Shown here: one piece after another, positions 30,220-39,360 of the stretch
How the letters are laid out: each line of letters starts with the position of its first letter
Position numbering within the stretch: position 1 is the first letter of the stretch
NCBI GenBank assembly: GCA_009841405.1
Contig: VXLV01000115.1
Location: 3,630 to 67,629 of the forward strand
DNA length: 64,000 bases
Source of the DNA: Chloroflexota bacterium
GTDB lineage: Bacteria > Chloroflexota > Anaerolineae > Aggregatilineales > Phototrophicaceae
Direction: 5' to 3'
Position numbers and translations under genes: made by a program
The notes under the pieces: generated by a model
What the model was told of the DNA's origin: nothing
The model's input: the letters and a program-made list of their open reading frames with translations, nothing else
Database searches by the model: none

Positions 30220-31379
30220 ACGGCAAGCGACTTCTGATAGAAACGGTGCGTTTTGTAAACCTGGCCGCCGAGGCTCGTGCTGATCTTGATCAGGGGATTG
30301 GTCTCCAGAATCCAGCCCGAGTCCAGGTAATCGTACTGTGAAGGCAGCAGGGCCTTCATCACCTCCAGCAGCATCGCCAGTTCCACGCCTCTGTTGCGAT
30401 ACTCCTTTTTGACGCCCATCAATGGCATGCGCACGCCGCGAATCGACCTGCGAACTTTCCAATGCCAGGCGACCTGCGCCATTGTGATGAATTCCGGCAC
30501 GCCCGGCCGCGGATAGGCGCGGCGAAGCGCTTCGTTGAAGTTGGGAATCGTCAACGCGAAGCCCACCGGTTCATCGTCGATTTCAGCAAAGAAAGCCAGC
30601 TTGGGCTCCACCAGCATGCCCAGATCATCGATCAACGCCTGCAACTCGGCGTCGTTCATCGGGATGAAGCCCCAGTTTTTCTCCCAGGCCGCGTTGTATA
30701 TTTCGCGGAAGCGCTCGAATTCAGCGCGTTTTTCCCTGGCGCGCATTTGCCGGACTGAGATGCCGCTGCGTTGCGCGGCGCGGCTGACGAGCCGTTCCAG
30801 CCGCTCCAGCGAGTCACTGGCGGCGATCGTCTGACGATCCTGATAGATGCAGTGCAGGTCCATCACTTTTTCGAAGCCGGCGGCTTCCACGAGCGCCGCG
30901 TACCAGGGCGGATTGTAGGGCATCATGATCACCGGCGGATCAAAGTTGTCGACCAGCAAGCCGCATTCTTCGTTGGTCGTAAAGCTGGCTGGGCCGCGAA
31001 TCGCGTCGACGCCCCGCGCCGCCAACCATTCGCCTGCCGCGTCCAGCAGCCCGCCGGAGACGTCACGGTCGTCAGCCGTCTCGAACAAGCCAAAGAAACC
31101 GATATTCTCGTCATGATAGCGATTGTGCTCGTGGTTGATGAAAGCGGCGACCGTGCCCACCATCGCGCCGTCGCGCCAGGCGCCGAAGTACTCGCCATCC
31201 ATATAGGACCAGGCGGGATGCTTGGATTTGTCCAGCAATTGCCGGCGCATGGATAGCAGGCCCGGCGCCCAATTGGGATCATCGGCGTAGTGGCGCCAGG
31301 GGAAGTGAAAGAACTCGCTGAAGTCGTGGCGATCGCCCAGCGGCCGTATTTCGAGCACGTTATAACCTGACCTTTGCAT
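30216..31379 (-). CDS. GNAT-fold acetyltransferase-like protein (387 aa)
   Basis: C-terminal acetyl-CoA motif-A-like MGVKKEYRNRGVELAMLLE and FAEIDDEPVGFALTIPN beta-strand region. Confidence 0.55.
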   Translation of the reverse strand: MQRSGYNVLEIRPLGDRHDFSEFFHFPWRHYADDPNWAPGLLSMRRQLLDKSKHPAWSYMDGEYFGAWRDGAMVGTVAAFINHEHNRYHDENIGFFGLFETADDRDVSGGLLDAAGEWLAARGVDAIRGPASFTTNEECGLLVDNFDPPVIMMPYNPPWYAALVEAAGFEKVMDLHCIYQDRQTIAASDSLERLERLVSRAAQRSGISVRQMRAREKRAEFERFREIYNAAWEKNWGFIPMNDAELQALIDDLGMLVEPKLAFFAEIDDEPVGFALTIPNFNEALRRAYPRPGVPEFITMAQVAWHWKVRRSIRGVRMPLMGVKKEYRNRGVELAMLLEVMKALLPSQYDYLDSGWILETNPLIKISTSLGGQVYKTHRFYQKSLAV

Positions 31380-31419
31380 GAACCTTCTGACAATGCGCCG
31401 GCGAACGCCACATACTGTC

Positions 31420-31448
31420 TTGACAGCCGCCTGCCGCGCTGATAGTAT
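31420..31448 (+). promoter_or_regulatory. Sigma-70-type promoter for tRNA-Asn
   Basis: TTGACA (31420-31425), 17-nt spacer, TAGTAT (31443-31448). The tRNA 5' end is 14 nt downstream. Confidence 0.55.
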
Positions 31449-31461
31449 ACCAGCACTCTAT

Positions 31462-31534
31462 TCCGTAGTAGCTCAATTGGCAGAGCAATCGGCTGTTAAC
31501 CGATCGGTTCTTGGTTCAAGTCCAAGCTACGGAG
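31462..31534 (+). tRNA. tRNA-Asn (anticodon GTT)
   Basis: Hand-folded. Acceptor TCCGTAG/CTACGGA, D-arm GCTC-AATTGGCA-GAGC, anticodon stem ATCGG/CCGAT with loop CTGTTAA, T-arm CTTGG-TTCAAGT-CCAAG. Confidence 0.92.
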
Positions 31535-31542
31535 CCTTCCAG

Positions 31543-31564
31543 ATGCCCCTTCGCGGGGCATTTT
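31543..31564 (+). terminator. Rho-independent terminator after tRNA-Asn
   Basis: ATGCCCC-TTCGC-GGGGCAT followed by TTT. Confidence 0.6.
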
Positions 31565-31638
31565 GGTATCGCTAGGGTCGGCGTCAAAGCGCGGTCGATT
31601 GCGAATTGCGCGCTGTCCGGAACAGTCGCCAGTCAACA

Positions 31639-32598
31639 ATGATTACAGTCGCAAGACCTTCCCGAGAGATGCTGAATCGCGCCCAAGGCTGCCTGCTCGG
31701 CCAACTCGCCGGCGACGCGCTGGGCAGCCTGGTCGAGTTCCAGACCCCGGAACAGATTCGCCGGGCCTATCCTTACGGCGTTCGCGAACTCGCTGACGGC
31801 GGTACCTGGAACACAATCGCCGGCCAGCCGACCGACGATTCCGAGATGGCGCTGATGCTGGCGCGCGCCTTGATACACCAGGGACGCTATGACCGCGAGG
31901 CCGCCCGGCAAGCGTACGTCGATTGGCTCGAATCCGGACCCTTTGACTGCGGCTACACAGTCGCAAGCGGCCTTCAAGGCCATCACAACCCCGAAAGCCA
32001 GGCGAACGGCGCAATGATGCGCGTCAGCCCGCTAGGAATCTTCGGCGCGAATTACGCGTCGAACTGTGTGGCCGAATGGGCGCGTCAAGACGCTGCGATC
32101 ACCCATGTTCATCCGGTCTGTCAGGACGCGAACGCGTTGTACGCGATGGCAGTTGCTCATGCCGTCCGCTGCGGCTGCTCTGCCAGAGAGTTGTATGAGC
32201 GCATTGTGACCTGGGCCGGCGATATGCAGGTGGACGAGAGTCTCCACGCGGCGGTGGTTGACGCGGAAACAGCGCCGCCCGCCGACTACATCAGCCAGGC
32301 CGGCTGGGTTCTAGTCGCCTTGCGGAACGCGCTCTGGCAACTTCTACATGCCGAGAACCTTGAGGAAGCCGTCATTGACACGGTCATGCGCGGCGGCGAC
32401 GCCGACACCAATGCCGCCATCTGCGGCGCGTTGTTTGGCGCTGTCCAGGGTAGGCGCGCGATCCCCGATCAATGGGAAAAGGCCGTCTTGAATTGCCGCC
32501 CGAAGGCTGGCAGACCCGGTGTTCGTCGTCCACGACCGCAACGCTTCTGGCCGGTGGACGCCCTGGAACTGGCTGAACGCTTGATCAGCAGCGCTTAA
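31639..32598 (+). CDS. ADP-ribosylglycohydrolase family protein
   Basis: GCLLGQLAGDALGSLVEF, TDDSEMALMLARAL and GGDADTNAAICGALFGA motifs. Start uncertain: TTG 31606, ATG 31639 or ATG 31669. Confidence 0.85.
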   Translation: MITVARPSREMLNRAQGCLLGQLAGDALGSLVEFQTPEQIRRAYPYGVRELADGGTWNTIAGQPTDDSEMALMLARALIHQGRYDREAARQAYVDWLESGPFDCGYTVASGLQGHHNPESQANGAMMRVSPLGIFGANYASNCVAEWARQDAAITHVHPVCQDANALYAMAVAHAVRCGCSARELYERIVTWAGDMQVDESLHAAVVDAETAPPADYISQAGWVLVALRNALWQLLHAENLEEAVIDTVMRGGDADTNAAICGALFGAVQGRRAIPDQWEKAVLNCRPKAGRPGVRRPRPQRFWPVDALELAERLISSA

Positions 32599-33362
32599 CC
32601 GCTCAACTCATAGATCAGGCGCAGGCCATCGAGGGTCAACTCTGGCGCGACATGGTCGATTCGCGCCACATGTTCCTTGAATAAGGGCGCCATCCCGCCG
32701 GTTGCCACGACCTTGGCCGCCGGCGCCTCCAACTGCGCCAGGATGCGAGCCAGCAACGTTTCAATCATGCCGACGTAGCCCCAAAATATGCCTGACTGCA
32801 TGGCATGAATAGTGTTGCGCCCGATGGGTTGCGGCGGCGGCAAAAGATCGACTTTGTGCAGCTGCGCGGCGCGGCTCACCAGCGCGTCATGCGCCAGCCG
32901 AATGCCCGGCGCGATCACGCCGCCGATATACGCGTTTTCCACCGAAAGCACATCAAAGTTAGTAGACGTGCCAAAGTCGACGCTAACTGCGGGCGCGCCA
33001 AACAGCTGCGACAGGGCCACAGCATTGCAGAGCCGATCGGCGCCCGCCTGCTCCGGCATGTCGATCGCGACATCAATACCCAGGCTGGTTCTGCTGCTGA
33101 TTGTCAGCGGCTCCAGCCCCAGGTAGCGCCGCGCCAAATCTTGAAACGTCGCCGTCAGAGACGGCACGACGCTGCTAAGGCAAATCGCGGAAATCGACTG
33201 GAAATCGACCCCGGCCGTCTCGAGGAAGTTTCGCGCCAGGACAGCGTACTCATCGGTCATCTTCTGCGCCACTGTCCTGGCCCGCCAGGAGAGACGCCAG
33301 GCATCTTCGTCCCACAAGCCCAAATGGATATTGGTATTGCCGATGTCAATTGCCAGAAGCAT
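32595..33362 (-). CDS. coaX: Type III pantothenate kinase
   Basis: MLLAIDIGNTNIHLGLW N-terminus and ATGG near the C-terminus. The ORF-track start at 33428 adds 22 non-conserved residues, so I chose the ATG at 33362. Confidence 0.9.
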   Translation of the reverse strand: MLLAIDIGNTNIHLGLWDEDAWRLSWRARTVAQKMTDEYAVLARNFLETAGVDFQSISAICLSSVVPSLTATFQDLARRYLGLEPLTISSRTSLGIDVAIDMPEQAGADRLCNAVALSQLFGAPAVSVDFGTSTNFDVLSVENAYIGGVIAPGIRLAHDALVSRAAQLHKVDLLPPPQPIGRNTIHAMQSGIFWGYVGMIETLLARILAQLEAPAAKVVATGGMAPLFKEHVARIDHVAPELTLDGLRLIYELSG

Positions 33363-33504
33363 AACCCGCTCCCATCCAGCGGCGCCCAGCTTGTAGCGCG
33401 CTGGCGGTCCAATGCGGCAAGCCAGCATCGCATCGCCGGCGCTGCGCTATAATATGGTAGAGTCTCGACTGATTGGGCGCAACCGTTGCGTCAAGGGTTA
33501 TGTC

Positions 33505-34440
33505 ATGTTGGTACGCCAGGCTACCATCGACGATACGCAGAAAATCGTTGACTTGTTCACTTCCCGTGTTACCGTTTGGCAACGTCTCAGCGCCGCTGGC
33601 CAGGTTGAGAATCTTCCCTACACTGATTTGACGATCTACGAACGCTGGTTGCACGGTGGCGCCTGGATGTCTCTGGAAACCGGCGCCATCTGGCTGAGCC
33701 ACTTGCTGAGCGGCAACGGCTTGGCTTACGTGGCGGACGACGCCGGCCGAATTCTCGCCTACGCTGAAGCCTTCTACAATCGCGAGCTCACGCCGATGGG
33801 CGCGCATCTTCATGTGGCGAATTTGCAGGCGGCGGAGGACTGCGCCGACGAAACGCATTTGCTGCTGGCCGACGCCATCTTGATAGACGCGCGCGCGCCG
33901 GGCCGCCTCTCGGTCGATTACCCGGCTTACGATCAAGACTCGGCCACCTACCACCGCAAGTATTTCGGCACTGCCGAAGATGCGCGGCTGACGCGATATG
34001 CTCTGAACGCGCAAATTGGCCAGAGCTTCTACAAGAGCCAGGAATTCGATAAAACGGACGCCAGCCTGATCGACGGCTGGGCGCTGGCGGTCGGGCGCTG
34101 GACCAGCCCGCGCGCGCTCTGGGAAAGCGAATGGATCGAGCATTGGCGCGGCATTCCGCAGATTGTCGAGCGGGCGAAACACCGCCATTATGTCAACGCC
34201 TCTGGCCATGAAGCGATCGTCTGTTTCCATCAGCAGCTATACAATGAACGTAACGCCGAGGTCTATTGCTGGTCACCGCGGAACCTGAGCACGCAGTTGC
34301 TGGTAGCCATCCGCGATCTGGGGCATCGGCACGGCTTTCGCGTGCTGACCCTGGCCCTGCCCGATTTCTCGGCACGGCTCTTGCCGCCCGACACCACAGC
34401 CGACCCCAACGAGCGCGTAATCGCCACGGTCAAGGTCTGA
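33505..34440 (+). CDS. Hypothetical protein (possible N-terminal GNAT-like domain)
   Basis: 311-aa ORF beginning MLVRQATIDDTQKIVDLF, a typical acetyltransferase-like opening. The rest is unrecognised. Divergent from coaX. Confidence 0.45.
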   Translation: MLVRQATIDDTQKIVDLFTSRVTVWQRLSAAGQVENLPYTDLTIYERWLHGGAWMSLETGAIWLSHLLSGNGLAYVADDAGRILAYAEAFYNRELTPMGAHLHVANLQAAEDCADETHLLLADAILIDARAPGRLSVDYPAYDQDSATYHRKYFGTAEDARLTRYALNAQIGQSFYKSQEFDKTDASLIDGWALAVGRWTSPRALWESEWIEHWRGIPQIVERAKHRHYVNASGHEAIVCFHQQLYNERNAEVYCWSPRNLSTQLLVAIRDLGHRHGFRVLTLALPDFSARLLPPDTTADPNERVIATVKV

Positions 34441-34511
34441 TGGAGTATGGCGCTTGGCTGACGCCTCGCCAGGCGCTATGATGGCGGTCTCACCACAACT
34501 AATGCGAGGGC

Positions 34512-35939
34512 ATGCCAATGCAATCCAAAGCGGATATTGCCGATTGGCTGGACGAACATCAAGCGCGTTTCACGCGGATGTCTGACGAAATCTGGGATAA
34601 CCCGGAACTGCAGTTCGTCGAATTCAAAGCTTCCAAATTGCAGGCCGACTTTCTCGAGGCTGAAGGCTTCCGCATCACATGGGACGTGGGTGGGATCAGC
34701 ACCGCTTTCTGCGCGGAATGGGGCGGCGGCCGGCCCGTCATTGCATTTGCCGGCGAGTATGACGCCTTGCCCGGGCTGTCGCAGAAAAACCAGAGCCTGC
34801 GCGACCCCGTCAGCGCCGGCGACCCCGGACACGGCTGCGGGCACAACCTGCTGGGCACGGGCTGCCTGGCGGCTGCGCTCGCCTTCAAGGAATGGCTACG
34901 GCGCAGCGGGCGCGCGGGCACGGTCCGCTACTACGGCTGCCCGGCGGAAGAAGGCGGCAGCGGCAAGGTCTTCATGGGCCGCGCTGGCGCGTTCGACGAC
35001 CTTGACGCCACCTTCAACTGGCATCCCTGGTACACCAATTCCGCTATGAAAGGCAGCTTGCTCAGCGTAAACCGCTATTACTTCCGCTTTAGGGGCAGGT
35101 CCGCCCACGCCGCCGCTGACCCGCACTCGGGCCGCTCCGCCCTGGATGCGCTGGAGCTGATGAATATCGGCGTGAATTACTTGCGCGAGCACGTCACGGA
35201 TGACGTCCGCCTGCACTATTCGATTCTCAGCGGCGGGCTGGCGCCGAATGTCGTGCCGGATTACGCCGAGAGCTACTACTACGTGCGCGCCTATGAACAG
35301 CAGACGCTGGAAGACGTCAGTCAGCGCGTCATACGCATCGCGAGGGGCGCGGCTATGATGACCGACACCGAAGTTGAGGTCGTCTACAAATCGGGCTCGA
35401 CGCGCGTGCTGTCAAACGAAACGCTGGCCGACTTGCAGTACGAGGTCATGCGCGGGTTGGGCGGCATCGACTTCAGCGAAGATGAACTGGCCTACGCCGC
35501 CGAAATCAACCAGCACTTCGGCGACGCCAACGTCAAGACGCTCGTCGAGCGCTACGGGGTCGCGCCCGAGCTCGCTGAAGAGCCGCTGATCGGCGCGGTT
35601 CTGCCAAGCGCCGACCAGGGTTACGTATCGCCGGGTTCGTCCGACATGGGCGATATGAGTTGGCACGCGCCCTGCAGCATGCTGCAAACGGCGACCTGGG
35701 CCAGCCGCGCGGCGGCGCATTCCTGGGGCGTGGTCGCCACTGGCCGCACGTCCATCGGGCACAAAGGCATGATGTACGCGGCCAAGGTGATGGCGTTGGC
35801 GGCGGCGGAGTTGGTCCTTTCGCCGGAGATACTGGAGGCAGCGCAGGCGGAGTTCCGCGCCGCGCTTGAGAGGACGCCCTACGTCTGCCCGATACCGGAC
35901 GATGTGGGTCCGCCGCAGCACGCGCATCCCCTTCGCTGA
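34512..35939 (+). CDS. M20-family amidohydrolase (AbgB/aminobenzoyl-glutamate utilisation B-like)
   Basis: GHGCGHNLLG metal-ligand motif, CPAEEGGSGK and GRSAHAAADPHSGRSALDA dimerisation-domain motif. Confidence 0.85.
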   Translation: MPMQSKADIADWLDEHQARFTRMSDEIWDNPELQFVEFKASKLQADFLEAEGFRITWDVGGISTAFCAEWGGGRPVIAFAGEYDALPGLSQKNQSLRDPVSAGDPGHGCGHNLLGTGCLAAALAFKEWLRRSGRAGTVRYYGCPAEEGGSGKVFMGRAGAFDDLDATFNWHPWYTNSAMKGSLLSVNRYYFRFRGRSAHAAADPHSGRSALDALELMNIGVNYLREHVTDDVRLHYSILSGGLAPNVVPDYAESYYYVRAYEQQTLEDVSQRVIRIARGAAMMTDTEVEVVYKSGSTRVLSNETLADLQYEVMRGLGGIDFSEDELAYAAEINQHFGDANVKTLVERYGVAPELAEEPLIGAVLPSADQGYVSPGSSDMGDMSWHAPCSMLQTATWASRAAAHSWGVVATGRTSIGHKGMMYAAKVMALAAAELVLSPEILEAAQAEFRAALERTPYVCPIPDDVGPPQHAHPLR

Positions 35940-35959
35940 CAGCCCGGGGCCGTCAATCA

Positions 35960-36700
35960 ATGCGTATCGTCTTTTGGAATATCATGCACGGCGGCGGCAG
36001 CCGGGCGGGGGCCATCGCCGAGCAGATTCTCGAGTGGAATCCTGATATCGTCGCGCTCGCCGAGTTCCGCGGGACTGCGCCCAGCCAGTCGATTGCGCGG
36101 CGCCTCTCTGATGCCGGTTACGAACACCAGCTATCGGCCGTCAATGACAGCGAGCCCACTTGGAATGCCGTCTTCTTAGCGAGCCGCTTCAACTTGAATC
36201 ACGTCGCGCACTCGTTGCCTGACGTGCCCTACGGTGACTTGTATTGGCTACTTGCCAGTGTGGATGCAGCGCCTGGCATGCATGTCGGCGTTGCGCACGC
36301 GCCGTGGAGCATCTATCTTGGCCGGCTGGAGTATTATGCGGCCCTGGTTAAAACCGCCGCAGATTGGCAATTGGGTCCCGCCGTATTCATCGGCGACATG
36401 AATACAGGTGTAACCGGTCTCGACGAAGAGACCGAAAACTCAGTCGAATATCATAAAACTGTCATGAAACCTCTGGAAGATATCGGGTGGCGCGACATGT
36501 TTCGCGTCTTTCATCCTGATGCAAACACGCCAACCTGGTATTCACCCTACGGCAACGGTTATCGACTTGACCAGGCATTCGTCAATAAAGAGTTGCAGCC
36601 GTCGATATATTCGTGCAAGTACGACTGGGGCAAAAGCGATCAGAATGAGAAGCTCAGCGACCACGCCGCAATCCTGCTCGATCTTGAATTGCCTGCCTAA
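35960..36700 (+). CDS. Endonuclease/exonuclease/phosphatase (EEP) family protein
   Basis: MRIVFWNIMHGG N-terminus, GDMNTG, and C-terminal SDHAAILLDLE catalytic His motif. Confidence 0.8.
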   Translation: MRIVFWNIMHGGGSRAGAIAEQILEWNPDIVALAEFRGTAPSQSIARRLSDAGYEHQLSAVNDSEPTWNAVFLASRFNLNHVAHSLPDVPYGDLYWLLASVDAAPGMHVGVAHAPWSIYLGRLEYYAALVKTAADWQLGPAVFIGDMNTGVTGLDEETENSVEYHKTVMKPLEDIGWRDMFRVFHPDANTPTWYSPYGNGYRLDQAFVNKELQPSIYSCKYDWGKSDQNEKLSDHAAILLDLELPA

Positions 36701-36703
36701 CCT

Positions 36704-37357
36704 TCACTTGTCGACCAGACGCTGGTTGTAGCCCAGCGCGACCAGCTGCTCAAAGGCTTCCCAGACGCGCGCGGGAATCGCCTGCGGCGTCTGGAAGCCG
36801 TTCTCGCCGTAGACCTTGACGCGCTGAAAGTCGCCGACGATGTGCTGAATGACTTCATCGCGCGGCAGATGGCCATTGAGATAGTCGGCGCAGGCGATGG
36901 ACGGTGAGGTCACGACGAAATCCAGACCCGGCCATTGCCGCTGCGCAGTCGCCATGACTCGCCGCTCCATGTAGGGCTTCTGAACTAAGACGACAGAGAT
37001 AGAGTCGAGTCCGCGCGACATGAGCAACTGCCGTGTGAAGCGGATGTTTTCGCCGGTATTGCGCGAACGATTCTCGATAAGAATAGCCACCGCTGGCACG
37101 CCCTTCGCCAGCGCGCGCCGCGCGAAGTAGTCCGCTTCGGTGGTATCCCAGAAGACGCCCAGGGCCGCATTCCGCTGCACGACGCCGCCCGAGAACAGCA
37201 GAAAGGGCGCGCAGTCGCGCTGATACAGCTCAATGGCGTAATCGGCGACGCGGATATCATGGCTGCCGAGGACGACGATGCAATCGGCTGGCCGCAACTG
37301 CTGCCCGACAAGCATATAGTCCCAGATTGTTTGAACGAGGGCTTCAACGTCCGCCAT
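36704..37357 (-). CDS. DUF218 (YdcF-like) protein, cytosolic paralog
   Basis: CIVVLGSHDIRVADYAIELYQRDCAPFLLFSGG and ENRSRNTGENI motifs. No TM helix, unlike the copy at 9200..9907. Confidence 0.8.
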   Translation of the reverse strand: MADVEALVQTIWDYMLVGQQLRPADCIVVLGSHDIRVADYAIELYQRDCAPFLLFSGGVVQRNAALGVFWDTTEADYFARRALAKGVPAVAILIENRSRNTGENIRFTRQLLMSRGLDSISVVLVQKPYMERRVMATAQRQWPGLDFVVTSPSIACADYLNGHLPRDEVIQHIVGDFQRVKVYGENGFQTPQAIPARVWEAFEQLVALGYNQRLVDK

Positions 37358-37380
37358 GCCGGATTCGGTCTGACGACGCT

Positions 37381-37959
37381 CTAAGCGGGAAATATATCGC
37401 CGACGCGGATTTCAAAGCCGGGCAGAACGTCGCCGCCTGACAGCATGTCGGTACTTTTCAGTTTGAATGTGCCTTCCGGGGAATGAACGGCAACACTCCG
37501 CAATTCGGGGAAAACAACCCACACAAGCCTCGCGCCAGCGTCTAGCAACTGCTCGATTTTCTTCTCGATATCTTCCGCCCTGTTGCCTGGCGAGATTATC
37601 TCCACCGCCAGGTCAGGCGCGATTTCAAACGGGCGACGCGGCAGATCGCCCGGATGGCGTGCTGTTGAAAGATATGCGATGTCTAGACCGCGCAATGTGT
37701 CTCTGCCATCTGCATTTCGTTCCAGTACAAATGGCACGTCGCCACCCAATACGCGTCCGAGCCCGCTCGCTTGCACATGATTGTGCAAAGCCGTCGAGAG
37801 AGTAATCAGTACCGCTGCATGAATTGGACTAGGCAATGGCATTTCGACAATTTCTCCTTGAATGAGCTCAACGACGCGGTCTTCATAATCGACATGCTCG
37901 ACAATCTGGAGATAATCGTCGACGCTGATCAGTTGGCGTTCCAGTTCCATGGCTAACAC
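37381..37959 (-). CDS. Uma2-family (DUF820) restriction-endonuclease-fold protein
   Basis: GEIVEMPLPSPIHA...PDLAVEIISPGNRAEDIEKKIEQLLDAGARLVWVV carries the PD-(D/E)xK-like Uma2 core. Confidence 0.85.
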   Translation of the reverse strand: MLAMELERQLISVDDYLQIVEHVDYEDRVVELIQGEIVEMPLPSPIHAAVLITLSTALHNHVQASGLGRVLGGDVPFVLERNADGRDTLRGLDIAYLSTARHPGDLPRRPFEIAPDLAVEIISPGNRAEDIEKKIEQLLDAGARLVWVVFPELRSVAVHSPEGTFKLKSTDMLSGGDVLPGFEIRVGDIFPA

Positions 37960-37981
37960 TCAATCCTCTCGCTTTGTCACA

Positions 37982-38635
37982 CTAAAGCAACCTCATTGTA
38001 CCCGTTTCGGGCTTGCCGATAAACTGCTTCAAGACCTGGAAGTCCTTCTCCATAGTCTCGCGTTGGCTGGCGTTGTAGAGCGCGGCCGCCGGGTGAAACA
38101 GTGGCACGACTGATGCCCGGCCGTAGACTGTGCGCACCTTTATGATCGACCCGTGCAGTTGGCTGATCTTCTGATTCGCTTGAAAAGCGCCGAAGCGCCG
38201 CAGGATGAATTCCATCGAGAAGCGGCCCAGGGTCGCGATGACCTTGGGCTGGATGATGCCGATCTGCCGTTCAAGGAAAGGCGCGTACAAGTCGATTTCG
38301 TCTTTGAGCGGATCGCGATTATTGGGCGGCCGGTCTTTGACGATATTGGTCACGTAGACCTTGGGGCGCTCAAGGTTGATAGACTCGAGCAATTCGTCCA
38401 AAACGCGACCCGACGCGCCGCAGAAGGGACGGCCGGTCTCCGCTTCGTTTTTGCCCGGCGCCTCGCCGATAAACATGATGTCGGCGTAATGGTCGCCCTG
38501 CCCAATCACGGGAAAATAGCCGTTGCGCTGGCGGTAGTCGTAGAGCGGCGATTCGACCAGGTTGACCAGCTCGTCTCGTATGGCGCGCAGTTGATCCTTG
38601 CGGTCGGTCGACATCAATGACCTTGCTTTCTCCAC
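37982..38635 (-). CDS. Family 4 uracil-DNA glycosylase
   Basis: IMFIGEAPGKNEAETGRPFCGASGRVLDELL motif A and HPAAALYN motif B. Confidence 0.9.
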   Translation of the reverse strand: MEKARSLMSTDRKDQLRAIRDELVNLVESPLYDYRQRNGYFPVIGQGDHYADIMFIGEAPGKNEAETGRPFCGASGRVLDELLESINLERPKVYVTNIVKDRPPNNRDPLKDEIDLYAPFLERQIGIIQPKVIATLGRFSMEFILRRFGAFQANQKISQLHGSIIKVRTVYGRASVVPLFHPAAALYNASQRETMEKDFQVLKQFIGKPETGTMRLL

Positions 38636-38721
38636 AGGGGCTAAACGTAGTCTAGCACAAACGAACGCTAAGGCGCTCGCATTTGAATCATGGCGGCGCC
38701 CAGGGGCCGGGCCGCTCGTAT

Positions 38722-39354
38722 TCAGAGCGCGCTGTCTGCGATCGTATCGCAGGCTTTGCGCAGGAGGCGGCGCAAGGAAGCGTCAATTTCGTCGCCCATC
38801 GCGAACGCGTCGTCCAAGGGCAGCCAACGGAATCGCGTCGACTCGCCCGGCGCCGGCGCCAGCGCTTCGGGCTGGCTCGTAATCAGGATGTAGCGGAAAT
38901 CCAGGTGCAGATGCTCTGCTTCGTCGGCGCTTTGCGGGATGGTATGGATGTCGATGTCAGTGGGCGCGCCTGCTGTAGCGAGAAGGCGCAGATCGGGCAA
39001 GCCGGTTTCTTCGCGCGCCTCGCGCAGGGCGGCCTGGGCGATATCGAACTCGCCATCCAGATGCCCGCCGACTTGCAGCCACCGCCCCAACCGCCTGTGA
39101 TAGTGAAGCAGGGTCCGGCGCGACTTCGGCTCGATGATGGCCGCGGAGGCGGTGATATGGCCCACTTCGCAGCTGCGGCTGAAGATTTCGGGATGCCCCG
39201 CGATCAGCGAGCGTATCTTGACCAGGTCGAGCGCTTCTTTGTCGTCGGCCGGCCGATGTTGCGCCAGCAGCGCCAGCGCCTCCTTCCGCGCTTCATCGAG
39301 GCGCCGCTTGTGCCCGCTGGTTTCGCTGCGCGGCCGGCGCGCGCGACTTGGCAT
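38722..39354 (-). CDS. NUDIX hydrolase
   Basis: Nudix box GGHLDGEFDIAQAALREAREETGL. Confidence 0.85.
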   Translation of the reverse strand: MPSRARRPRSETSGHKRRLDEARKEALALLAQHRPADDKEALDLVKIRSLIAGHPEIFSRSCEVGHITASAAIIEPKSRRTLLHYHRRLGRWLQVGGHLDGEFDIAQAALREAREETGLPDLRLLATAGAPTDIDIHTIPQSADEAEHLHLDFRYILITSQPEALAPAPGESTRFRWLPLDDAFAMGDEIDASLRRLLRKACDTIADSAL

Positions 39355-39360
39355 AGCCGC

